From: a bacterium
GTDB taxonomy: Bacteria > UBA8248
Assembly (NCBI GenBank): GCA_965221165.1
Contig: CBDCRP010000002.1
Span: 672,001-736,000, forward strand
Length of the DNA: 64,000 nucleotides
Direction: 5' to 3'
Each line of letters begins with the position of its first letter. Positions within the stretch are counted from its first letter, which is position 1. The notes under the pieces were generated by a model. The model saw only the letters and a program-made list of their open reading frames with translations, searched no databases and was not told the DNA's origin. A program made the position numbers and the translations under genes. Of this stretch, positions 10,161 to 19,499 are shown piece by piece.

Positions 10161-10604
10161 ATGAGTATTGAGCGTTTTCATAACGTATCCCTGACGGTAA
10201 AAGACGCGGACGCATCTTCCAAATGGTACGCCGAGCACTTCGGCTTCGAGGTGGAATCCGATTCCGAGCGCACGCCGGAGTTTTCCGCGCAGGTGACGGG
10301 TGTTCCCGGCGCGCACTTGCGCGTGGTGCACATGGGCGGCCACGGGCTTCATCTAGAACTCATGGAGTACAAGGGTGCTCCGGGTGCGGCGGTAGACACT
10401 TCTCCAAACAACGCGGGCTGCCTGCAGATCGGCTTCGTGGTGGACGACGCCGAGGCCCTCTATATCAAACTGAAAGCGGACGGCACCACCATGTGCTCGC
10501 CGGAACCCGCCACCGTGCCGAGCGGCCCCATCCAGGGCTCCAAGATATTCTTCTGCAAAGACCCCGACGGCGTGGTGCTGAAATTCTTGTCGATCAGGAA
10601 GTAG
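10161..10604 (+). CDS. VOC family protein
   Basis: FHNVSLTVKD, LELMEY, IGFVVDD, KDPDGV. Confidence 0.85.
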   Translation: MSIERFHNVSLTVKDADASSKWYAEHFGFEVESDSERTPEFSAQVTGVPGAHLRVVHMGGHGLHLELMEYKGAPGAAVDTSPNNAGCLQIGFVVDDAEALYIKLKADGTTMCSPEPATVPSGPIQGSKIFFCKDPDGVVLKFLSIRK

Positions 10605-10626
10605 GGGTTGATGACGAGAGGCCTGT

Positions 10627-10695
10627 GTAGGGGCGGCTCGCGAGCCGTGGGGCAGTCCCGAGCAATCAAGGGCGGACACATAGGTCCGCCCCTAC
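10627..10695. repeat. GTAG REP-like inverted pair
   Basis: GTAGGGGCGGCTCGCGAGCCG ... GGGCGGACACATAGGTCCGCCCCTAC. Confidence 0.7.
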
Positions 10696-10733
10696 GAATT
10701 TCTTCCTCATCGGTCGGGGTTGACCCACGGCGC

Positions 10734-10903
10734 CGTCATTCCGGCGTATGCCGGAATCCAGAACCGAGGAGGGTGAAAATGATGCCGCGTTTCATTTTTT
10801 CTCTGGTTGGATGCAATAAAAGCGCAAAGCAAAAAACGAAAAGATAAATTCCCTGGATTCCGCAATTCCTCCCTTCTCAGTCGGGATTGACACCGGAATA
10901 ACG
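10734..10903. repeat. REPIN/MITE-like element bounded by CGTCATTCCGGC-type inverted palindromes (copy 1)
   Basis: CGTCATTCCGGCGTATGCCGGAATCCA at left, TGGATTCCG...CCGGAATAACG at right; AAAACGAAAAGATAAATTCCCTGGATTCC shared with 20029-20188. Confidence 0.75.
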
Positions 10904-10932
10904 GCAATATCGAGGCGGCTCGCTAGGCAGGA

Positions 10933-11073
10933 CTCGGTCCTCCGAGATTCAACTCCCTCCATCCTCGCTCTGCCTGAAGCACAGGCTCAAGAGCAACAGA
11001 ACGAACGCCGCGAGGCTCGCGAGGGTGCCGACTTCGGAGCGAGGTCTTGCCCCCCGGCCTTGAAATCCGGGGA
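10933..11073. other. Structured non-coding segment (candidate ncRNA or IS110-like non-coding end)
   Basis: Long-range stem CCTCGCTC (10963-70)/GAGCGAGG (11037-44) enclosing hairpins; flanking hairpins at 10933-46 and 11049-73. Confidence 0.35.
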
Positions 11074-11217
11074 CAAACCAAACCAGATCGACATTGATTT
11101 ATTTGTGATATCATTGCGCCCTGGGTTGTTTGTGGTTTTGTTCCCTGGATGAGATTGGCGATATCCGCGAGAAATACCTGAGTCGAACAGCTTTCCTTAT
11201 GGGGGGAGGATCTAATC

Positions 11218-11718
11218 ATGAAAAAGATTATCTCTGCACTGTTTGTGCTTTTGGCATCCGTGAGCGTGGCGAACGCCGCCGAGTATTTACAGGCGTCCTC
11301 CACCATTACCCAGTGCCCGGGCACGAAGCCCGCGGTGGTCAAGATAGACGTGACGGATGCGGCCAATGGCGTCGCCATGAAAAACAACAAGATAACCGTG
11401 AGCAAAGCCGGGCCGTATCTCATCGTCGCCGCCCCCCAGGTCGGGCGCGAAGGCGCGGGGCCCCTCGGCTGTTTCGACCTGTGGCTGCGCGTAAACGGGA
11501 AGGACGTGGGCAATTCCAACGTGCAGCTTTGCCAGGACGCCGGCAGCAGGGCGAAGGACGTCATCGTATCGCAGGGAATCGTCCCGCTGGCGGCGGGTGA
11601 TGCGCTGGAAGTGATGATGTCGGCCAACAACCCGAAGGCGAAGATCTGCATCGAGGCCATCCGGCCGCCCGGCGAACCATTGGTGCCTTCGATTATCTTC
11701 ACGATGGTCAAGTATTGA
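11218..11718 (+). CDS. Secreted protein with C1q/BclA-C-terminal-like beta-sandwich
   Basis: Signal peptide ending ANA; ITVSKAGPYLI, LWLRVNG, GIVPLAAGDALEV; GGAGG RBS. Confidence 0.7.
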   Translation: MKKIISALFVLLASVSVANAAEYLQASSTITQCPGTKPAVVKIDVTDAANGVAMKNNKITVSKAGPYLIVAAPQVGREGAGPLGCFDLWLRVNGKDVGNSNVQLCQDAGSRAKDVIVSQGIVPLAAGDALEVMMSANNPKAKICIEAIRPPGEPLVPSIIFTMVKY

Positions 11719-11779
11719 AGAAAACCTCGTAGCGGCGGACCCCGAGGAGGGGTCCGCCCCACGGTTCGCAGCCCTCCCC

Positions 11780-12160
11780 TCTACGAGGGCGAGCAATCCC
11801 TCCCTCTTCCGTCGGGATCGATCCACGGCGCCTCACCCACGCATCTGCACGCATTTGCCGTGACCCCTGAATTTCCGGGATTCGGTATCGTGTGCGCCGC
11901 ACTGGGTCAAACCCGACTGATGAAGGAGGGTTTGCCGACCGAGGAGGAAGGGGCTGCCCGACCGAGGAGGAAGCGTTTCATCAGGGCAGGGCCGATGTAG
12001 CAAGCAAATCTTTCTTGGCCGTTTGATAAGGCCAGGGTCGGCGAAATGACGAAATTCCTCGTAGCCGTTTCATATGGGAAGATAATGAAAATAATCATAT
12101 TAAGTGAAAATATCTGAAAATAGGTGAAAAAAGGTGAAAGTAAGTGAAAAATTCAGAAAA
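11780..12160 (-). repeat. Composite intergenic element (phased TAAGTGAAAA decamers, CAAATGCGNG decamers, core hairpin), copy A
   Basis: Decamer array 12101-12160; reverse complement of 11825-11860 matches 29797-29835. Confidence 0.65.
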
Positions 12161-12313
12161 TTTTAGAGAAACGATAACATATTATATTTCATGTATTTAC
12201 GCCGTATATATGAAGTAAAAAAGAAACGAATTTCGCCGGTTTTCGCATAAAAAAAAATTTTTCAGCCCCCTGCAATTGCCCGCATTTGCACTGCGGAAAA
12301 GGGGGCCGCGCGC

Positions 12314-12769
12314 CTAGGAAACGCTCATCTTCCGCCCGCTCTCATACCATTCGGGGCCGGGCTGTTCGGGTGGATCGTCGTAGCGCTTGATTTCTAACTC
12401 GACGTTGTCGGGATCGTAGAAATAGGTGGCGTAGCCCACGCCGAACGCGCCCAGATTCTTCTCCTCGCCGCGGTGGGGCTCTCTGCCGCTCGCGCGCAGG
12501 CGCTCGATGACATTGTGGTATTCGGCATCATCGAGACTAAAGGCGATGTGGTCCATCCCGCCCTTCACGGCGACATCGTCGGGCACGAAATCACTCGCAT
12601 GAAAGAGAACGAGGATGTCCTCCCCCACGCGGAAGACTACCTGATCTATCTCACCGCCGTGAATGAGCCTGCGGCCCACGGGTTTGAAGCTCATCACGTC
12701 GCGGTAGAACGCGATGGAGCGCTCGAGATTCGTGACGCGCAGGGCGACGTGCTCGATCATGCGCTTCAT
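12314..12769 (-). CDS. VOC family protein
   Basis: IEHVALRVTNLERSIAFYRDV, MDHIAF, YFYDPDNVELE; AGGAGG RBS. Confidence 0.9.
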   Translation of the reverse strand: MKRMIEHVALRVTNLERSIAFYRDVMSFKPVGRRLIHGGEIDQVVFRVGEDILVLFHASDFVPDDVAVKGGMDHIAFSLDDAEYHNVIERLRASGREPHRGEEKNLGAFGVGYATYFYDPDNVELEIKRYDDPPEQPGPEWYESGRKMSVS

Positions 12770-12798
12770 GGCAACCTCCTGTATCGGGAGGAGAGGGA

Positions 12799-13320
12799 TT
12801 AGTCCTCGTAGGCCTTTACCGTGGGAACCGTGATGGGGAACGCAGGCTCGGTTCTGCCCTCGACCACGGCGCGAATCGCGGCGATGATCTGGCGATATCC
12901 CGTGCAGCGGCAAAGGTTCCCGGTGAGCCAGTGCTGAATTTCCGCCTCGGAGGGGTCGGGATTCTCATCGAGCAGTTTCTTGGCCGAAACGATCATGCCC
13001 GGCGTGCAATAGCCGCACTGGGTGGCGCCGTAAGAGGCGAAAGCGGCTTGTAAGGGATGTAAGTCTTCGAGGGTGCCGAGGCCTTCTATGGTCTCGATCT
13101 TCGCCCCATCGGCGCGAACCGCGAGGGTCAGGCATGAACTGATGAGCTCATCGTCCATGATTATGGAGCAGGAGCCGCACACGCCCTGATCGCAGGAGCG
13201 CTTGGTTCCCATCATGCCCAAGTCCTCGCGGATGACGTCCACGAGATAGCGGTTCACGGAAACCATGACTTCGACGGGGTCTCCATTGAGAACGAAAGAT
13301 ATCATCCTTTTTTCAGACAT
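12799..13320 (-). CDS. (2Fe-2S)-binding protein, CoxS/XdhC small-subunit type
   Basis: GTKRSCDQGVCGSC, QCGYCTPG, GNLCRCTGY. Confidence 0.92.
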   Translation of the reverse strand: MSEKRMISFVLNGDPVEVMVSVNRYLVDVIREDLGMMGTKRSCDQGVCGSCSIIMDDELISSCLTLAVRADGAKIETIEGLGTLEDLHPLQAAFASYGATQCGYCTPGMIVSAKKLLDENPDPSEAEIQHWLTGNLCRCTGYRQIIAAIRAVVEGRTEPAFPITVPTVKAYED

Positions 13321-13404
13321 ATCAGTCCCCTACTTTTTGTGGCCATGCACTATTGTGTAGTGACCCGACTATACCACGTTTCACCCTTCCATGTACGGAA
13401 ACCA

Positions 13405-14418
13405 TCATATTTTCCTGAGCTCCGGCATGAGTTCGTCCGAGATCATCCGCATGCTGTGCAGCGACGTGGAAAGAGGCATTCCCGCCCAATGCGTCCGGAT
13501 GATGAGGTGATTCACGCCGACTTCCTCCCAATAGGGGCGAAGCTGCTCGAAGCACTCCTCGGGCGAGCCGATGATGAAGCGATCCTTCAGGAGATCGTCG
13601 AATTCCTGATCGAACGACTCATCCTCGGGCATCGCGTCGTCCTGGCCCCATTTGGCGTAGTCCTTGTATTTGCCGAACAGATAGGGCCCCGCCATCTCGA
13701 GGGCGGTCTTCTTGTCACGACTGCAAAAAACTTCCTTCATGCAGGGAAAGTCCGCCGGAAAAGGCTTGCCGCATCGCTCGAGTTCCGCCCGGTAGAGCTC
13801 CATCTGGCGCTTGATGGTCGCCGTGGTCGAATGGGGGTTGATGAACCAGTTATCGCCTATGCGCGCGGCGCGCTCGATGGCTTTGTCGTTGTTCGCGGCC
13901 ACCCAAATCGGCGGATAGGGCTTCTGAACGGGGCGGATGTTCATACCCACGCCGTCGAGCTTACACAAGTCGCTCTCCCAGGTGACTTCTTCTTCGGTCC
14001 ACAATCGCTTCACGAGTTCGAGACATTCCTCGAACCTGCGCACGCGGTGGCCCTTCGGCACCCGGAACGCGTCGAACTCCTTGTCGCGGTAGCCCAGGCC
14101 GATTCCGAACACGAAATTCCCTCTACAAATCACGTCGAGCGAGGCCACCGTCTCGGCGACGTAGACTGGGTTGTGGAGGTTGATGAGCAGGATGCCCAGC
14201 CCCAGCGTCATCTCGCCCGCTTCTGCGTGAAGGCGCGCCAGAAAGGGCACGATCTGAAGTTGTTTGTTGTTGCCCTCGTTCAGGTAGTGCTGCCCGGTGA
14301 AGAGCGAATCCCAGCCCTTGTCGCGCGCGAGGCGCACCATCGCGTACTGCTCATCCAGGGCACTGACCATGTCGGTTTCCAAGTGTTGCTGGTTGGTGAT
14401 GAAAAGACCTACTTTCAT
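13405..14418 (-). CDS. LLM class flavin-dependent oxidoreductase
   Basis: NPVYVAETVASLD, GIGLGYRDKEF, PVQKPYPPIWVAA, IIGSPEEC. Confidence 0.9.
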   Translation of the reverse strand: MKVGLFITNQQHLETDMVSALDEQYAMVRLARDKGWDSLFTGQHYLNEGNNKQLQIVPFLARLHAEAGEMTLGLGILLINLHNPVYVAETVASLDVICRGNFVFGIGLGYRDKEFDAFRVPKGHRVRRFEECLELVKRLWTEEEVTWESDLCKLDGVGMNIRPVQKPYPPIWVAANNDKAIERAARIGDNWFINPHSTTATIKRQMELYRAELERCGKPFPADFPCMKEVFCSRDKKTALEMAGPYLFGKYKDYAKWGQDDAMPEDESFDQEFDDLLKDRFIIGSPEECFEQLRPYWEEVGVNHLIIRTHWAGMPLSTSLHSMRMISDELMPELRKI

Positions 14419-14514
14419 GTCGTGTTCCTATGTTGATGGGTGGTAGTTGGGCGTACCATACCGCAAGGCTCTTCATATTTCTATGCACAGGAGGCTTCGT
14501 TGTGTGATGCGGAA

Positions 14515-15006
14515 GAGGTCAAACCCTCCCTCCCCGGTCGGCAAACTCTCCCTCTTCGGGCCTATTGAAAAACCCCCTCAAGGGAAAAATGCCTGCGGCG
14601 CATTCGCCGCCCCGGCGCGTAATACCTCCCTCGTCGGTCGGCAAACAAATCCTCGCTCCTCACCTCGGATTTGACATTCATCACTCGCGTCAAACACTCA
14701 TTTCTCACTCGCGTTTGATCCGCGACGTATTCGCCGCCCTGGCGGCGAATACCTCCCTCATCCCGAGTAGGCGCGCTCGCGCGCCGTATCGAGGGTTTGA
14801 CCCTACCGAGGAGGGAGGGTCAAACGGGGCCCTTCGATACAAACGCTCCTTTCTCAGTCGCGTTTGACCTTCGGCGGCTACTCAGGGTGAGGTCGATACG
14901 GCGGCATGCAAAACGAGGGTTTGACGCGACCGATGAGGGAGCGTCAAATGCGCTCGCTCCCAGGACCGGGTTTTTCAACAACCCCTCCCCGGTCGGGTTT
15001 GACCCC
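14515..15006. repeat. Dense cluster of 13-nt core hairpins and GGGTCAAACCC-like linkers
   Basis: Hairpins at 14796-14824, 14840-14866, 14920-14948 and degenerate copies; about 40-bp direct repeat at 14601 and 14728. Confidence 0.7.
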
Positions 15007-15325
15007 CTACCAGCGCATGGTTCCCTTCAGGGCGACCCCGTGGACGGGGTCGCCGCGTTCGCTCTCGCGCAAGTCTCCCTCGAGGCTCATGGTGAGGGAC
15101 TCGGCGAGCCTGAAGCGCCCGCCGGCTCGGTATGTCTGCCCGCCTTGCGCGACCGTGAGGCCGGTGTATGGCGTCAGGAGGCCGCCCAGGTAGTCCAGGC
15201 CGTAGCCCACCTCGGCCTCGAAGCTCGCGGCGCCCGGCTCGAAGTCCCCCTCGCGGACGAGGCCCGCCGCCGTACGCTGCGACCAGAGGCGGTCCGCGCC
15301 TCCCGAGGCCGCGCCCCACGGCCAG
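15007..15325 (-). pseudogene. C-terminal remnant of autotransporter-like beta-barrel
   Basis: WGAASGGADRLW...EAEVGYGL...LTPYTGL...YRAGGRF...GVALKGTMRW; amphipathic strands, terminal Trp, no N-terminal part. Confidence 0.6.
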
Positions 15326-15506
15326 GCGAGATTACCGGGCCATGCTATCACCGGACAAGGGGGCGGCCTTTGCATCATCTGTCAAACTGAGACATCGAAC
15401 TTATGATCGGCGCCCTGAATCTGGTTTTCGTGCTGGCTCTGTTCTTAGGCAGTTCAAACTGAGGCAGTACCAACGCCTAAACCTTTGGCCGCTGTATCCC
15501 CATAAA

Positions 15507-16640
15507 TCAAGAGCTTGATCTCGGCCGCGTCCCGTTGTTGAACCGCGCGAGACGGAACATCCCAATGTCGTGTCGGGTAGCGCTATCAACCGTCAGTTCC
15601 GCCAGGACTTCACCGATGACGCTGGCGAACTTGAAGCCGTGACCGGAGAATCCGGCCGCAACTACCACCTGAGGCGCGTCCGGAAGCCGGCCGATGATGA
15701 AGTGTCCGTCGGGGCTGTTGGTGAACATGCACACTTTCATGGCTTGGGTGGCGCCGGCGGCGTCCGGGAAGTATTTCTCGGCCAACCCGCGCAGTACGGC
15801 TTCATCACGAGCGTTCGGCTCCCGGTCGATGTTATCCGGGTCGACCCGCTCTCGCAGATGGTTGGAACGTCCCAGCTTGAATCCGGGCACGCCGAATACC
15901 GGAGTGCCGTAGTAGTGTGCCCCGTCGATGGTGAGGCTGAAAACAGGGAACGCCTCGGGCGTAAACAGCTCCGGGCGTAGCGGTTCCATCCAATCAGCAC
16001 CTGCCGCTCCGGGACCGCGGCCAAGCCGAGCGAGGGCAACAGCTTCGATGCCCACGCTCCCGCGGTAATGACCAGCGTCTCGGATTCGTACTCACCGCGC
16101 TCCGTGCGCACGCGGACGCCGTTCGCGCTTGGCTGCCACTCCAACAAGCGCTCGTTTGTATGCACGGCCGCGCCGAGCCGCTGCGCCAGTTCCATAAACA
16201 AGGCGACGCATCGCTCCGCGTGGAGGAAACCGCCGTCACGCTGAAAGACGGCCATGGTTTCCGCTGGCAGACGGTAGCCTGGATAGCGCCGGGTGACCTC
16301 CGCGCTGGTCAGCACTTCGTGGGGCAGGTCGTGTTCCGCACACGAACGCAGGGCACCCATGAAACCTGTGTTGGCCGGCGCGGCTGCGTCCAGCGTGCCC
16401 GTGACGTTGAGTATCTGCTCTTCACTCGCCCTCTCAAGGTCCCGCCAAAGTTCAAGAGCTCGCCGCACCAGAGGCACGTACGACGGGTGTTCATGATATG
16501 CGAGGCGTATGATTCGCGTGACGCCGTGGGAAGATCCCATGTCGTGGACAATGCCGAACTGTTCGATGCCGAGCACCCGCTTGCCACGCTGCGCCAGTTG
16601 ATAGAGCGTGGCGTTTCCCGCACCCTAAGCACGATGCGGT
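15507..16640 (-). pseudogene. solA: N-methyltryptophan/sarcosine oxidase (SolA-like), frameshifted, damaged N-terminus
   Basis: GSSHGVTRIIRLAY, TAGAW, frameshift near 15995, then CMFTNSPDGHFII, GFSGHGFKFASVIGE; GxGxxG region broken near 16625. Confidence 0.8.
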
Positions 16641-16658
16641 GGAGATGTACGCCGTACT

Positions 16659-17474
16659 TCAGGAGGCGGTCGCCCCGGACCCCTCGGGTCCAGCGGAGCC
16701 GGGGCCACGTTTGAGGACGCCGCTGGCGTCGAAACCGCCGTCCACCGGCAGCGTCACGCCGTTGATGTAGCCGGATTGCGGCAGCGCCAGATAGACGGCC
16801 GCGGCCGCCACCTCCTCCGGGACCCCGTAGCGGTGCATCGGAACGCCCTGGAGATAGGCCCGGCGGGTCTCCTGGTCGTGCATTCGCTTCACCAACGCGG
16901 TTTCGATGGGTCCCGGCGCCAGGGTGTTGACCGTCACTCCGAACTCCGCCCACTCCGACGCCATCACCCGTGTCAATGCCGCGACTCCGCCTTTGGACGC
17001 ACCGTAGGCCGCGCGTCCCGTCCCGCCCCGCAACCCCGCAACCGAAGACATCGACACGATCCGGCCATAACCCGCCTTGACCATAACGGCGCCGACGGCC
17101 CGCATCATCAGGAAACTGCCCGTAAGGTTGACGGTGATGATTCGCTCCCAATCCTCGAGGGTGGTTTCCAGGGCGTGTATCTCCATACCGATCCCCGCGA
17201 AATGCATCAGGATTTCCAGCGAGCCGAACCGCTCCGTAACCGCCTTGATGAGCGCTTCGACGTCTCGGGCCTCGGCCACGTCGGTCCTGACGAACAGCGC
17301 CGCGGCGCCTCGCGCATTCAACTCTTCCGCCGTCTGCGCGCCCGCCTCCTCGTTCAGGTCGGCGATGACGACGTTAGCGCCCACATCCGCCAGCGTTTGC
17401 GCCGTGGCGAGTCCGATGCCGCTGGCGCCGCCGGTGACAATGGCCGTGTGTCCTTCAAGTTTGAACATGCTCAT
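16659..17474 (-). CDS. SDR family oxidoreductase
   Basis: TGGASGIG, YGASK, VNTLAPG, PVDGG. Confidence 0.9.
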   Translation of the reverse strand: MSMFKLEGHTAIVTGGASGIGLATAQTLADVGANVVIADLNEEAGAQTAEELNARGAAALFVRTDVAEARDVEALIKAVTERFGSLEILMHFAGIGMEIHALETTLEDWERIITVNLTGSFLMMRAVGAVMVKAGYGRIVSMSSVAGLRGGTGRAAYGASKGGVAALTRVMASEWAEFGVTVNTLAPGPIETALVKRMHDQETRRAYLQGVPMHRYGVPEEVAAAAVYLALPQSGYINGVTLPVDGGFDASGVLKRGPGSAGPEGSGATAS

Positions 17475-17484
17475 TTCCCATGCG

Positions 17485-18675
17485 CTACGTGATGACTCCA
17501 AATCGGCGGCCCACCTCGGCGAAGGCGCTGATGGCGCGGTCGATATCCTCTACATCGTGGGCCGCCGACATCTGCGTGCGGATCCGATCCTGCCCGAGCG
17601 GGACAACGGGAAACGAAAACGCAGTGACCAATACGCCCTTGTCGCGAAGTCCGTCGGCGAAGTTCTGCGCCAGCTTCGGATCGCGAAGCATCAGGGGAAT
17701 GATGGGATGCTCGCCCGGCAGCAACTCGAATCCCAAGCCGGTGATTTCGGTGCGGAAGTACTTCGTATTGCGCCAAAGCCGCTCTCGCAGTTCCGAGGAG
17801 CCGGCGAGAAAATCCAGCGCCGTCAGGCTGGTCTGGGCGATGACGGGGGCCAGTGTGTTCGAGAAGAGGTAGGGGCGCGCGCGCTGGCGCAGCCATTCCA
17901 CGATGACGCGGCGGGCCGAGACGTAACCGCCGGCAGCGCCCCCCAGCGCCTTGCCGAGTGTCCCCGTCAGGATGTCGACCCGCCCCGTGACATTGTAGCG
18001 CTCCGGCGTACCTCGTCCGGTGGCGCCGACAAAGCCGACGGCATGGCTGTCGTCGACCATCACAATGGCATCGTGTCTTTCCGCCAGGTCACAGATGGCC
18101 GGCAAATCGGCCATATGGCCGTCCATCGAAAAAACCCCGTCCGTGGCGATCAGGCGATAGCGCGCGCCGGCCGCTTCCTTCAGCCTGGCCTCGAGGTCCT
18201 TCATGTCGTTGTTGGCGTAACGGAACCGCTTCGCGCGGCAAAGACGCACACCGTCGATAATCGACGCGTGGTTCAACGCGTCCGATATGATCGCGTCTTC
18301 CGGACCCAGAAGGCTCTCGAACAGCCCTGCGTTGGCGTCGAAACAACTGGGGAACAGGATTGTGTCCTCCATCCCCAGAAATTCGCTCAGACGCTCCTCC
18401 AACAGCTTGTGGGGAACCTGGGTCCCGCAGATGAACCGGACCGACGACATTCCGAAACCGTACTGGGACAACGCGGCCCTTGCGGCCTCGACCAGCCGGG
18501 GGTGATTGGACAGGCCCAGGTAGTTGTTTGCGCAGAGATTGATGCAGGCCGTACCCGTCTGCAGGGTGACCTCGCCTTGCTGCGGCGATGAGATGACCTG
18601 CTCTTGCTTGAACAGACCGTCGGCCTTCAGGGTTTCGATCCGGCTGGCAAGATCGGCGAGGAACGCATGGATCAT
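17485..18675 (-). CDS. kbl: Glycine C-acetyltransferase (2-amino-3-ketobutyrate CoA ligase)
   Basis: [53 protein letters not shown]. Confidence 0.95.
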   Translation of the reverse strand: MIHAFLADLASRIETLKADGLFKQEQVISSPQQGEVTLQTGTACINLCANNYLGLSNHPRLVEAARAALSQYGFGMSSVRFICGTQVPHKLLEERLSEFLGMEDTILFPSCFDANAGLFESLLGPEDAIISDALNHASIIDGVRLCRAKRFRYANNDMKDLEARLKEAAGARYRLIATDGVFSMDGHMADLPAICDLAERHDAIVMVDDSHAVGFVGATGRGTPERYNVTGRVDILTGTLGKALGGAAGGYVSARRVIVEWLRQRARPYLFSNTLAPVIAQTSLTALDFLAGSSELRERLWRNTKYFRTEITGLGFELLPGEHPIIPLMLRDPKLAQNFADGLRDKGVLVTAFSFPVVPLGQDRIRTQMSAAHDVEDIDRAISAFAEVGRRFGVIT

Positions 18676-18685
18676 ACGGCGGCCC

Positions 18686-19300
18686 TCAAGGTCCGAACAC
18701 CAGCCGGGGCAGCGCGAGCGCCGCCTCCGGGACGTAGGTGGCCAACAGAAGCGTAGGAATCCACGCGAACAGGCTCATCATCAGCGTAGGCTTCAGCATG
18801 GAGTTCACGGGGGTGTTTCCGAGGCTCGCTCCCAAGTACAGCAGCGGCGCGGTAGGCGGCGTGATATTGCCCATACCGAGATTCACTCCGATGATCGCCG
18901 CGAACTGTATCGGATCGACCCCCAGTTCGCGCACGATGGATAACATCAGCGGGGCCGACAGCAGGACTCCGGCGTTTCCTCGACCATGATGCCCTTATTA
19001 TGCCGCATCATGACGAAGTTCACCAGGCACAGCAGGAAGACCAGGACGATGCCCGGTACGACTGTCGCCAGAAAGCATTTCAGCACGGATTGGCGCGTGA
19101 TCCAGGCATAGATGATCTGAATCGAGCTCGGCGGGATCAGCAGTCCCAGCGGCGCGGCGTTGGAGATCGGCGCGGCCGAGAATCCCTTCGGATAGTTGGC
19201 CCGTTCAAGCCGAGGCAGCATCACGCCGCCTATGCAGGTCAGCGTGGCTGCCGCGCTGCCGGAGATAGAGCCGAATACGGCGCTGGCCAGAACCGACGCG
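18686..19300 (-). pseudogene. TRAP transporter large permease (DctM) remnant with internal deletion
   Basis: FGSISGSAAA, GLLIPPS, then junction near 18970 to GVDPIQFA, GNITPP; N-terminus and middle missing. Confidence 0.8.
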
Positions 19301-19499
19301 GCTGAACGCTTACCGACAGGGGCTAGCCGAGATGCGCAGGGGTTTTAATGAATCCGCTTTCGTTTTGATTACATATTACAGAAATCGAATATCAATCGAG
19401 ATTCGAAAAAACAAATATCTAAAATAGTTTCAATAAACTACAAGGATTTGATGGTCGATGGGAACAGCTCAATGTATCTAATTTATCGAAAGACACGTT

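Noticed and set aside
10933-11073. 6S RNA
   Set aside because: Only a short CTTGAGCC..TTCAGG resemblance; no long closing stem with central bubble
11908-11934. Hammerhead ribozyme (CTGATGA)
   Set aside because: No GAAA and three-stem geometry; other copies of the core lack CTGATGA
14515-15006. CRISPR array
   Set aside because: Repeats are in mixed orientation with irregular spacing; no unique equal-length spacers and no cas genes
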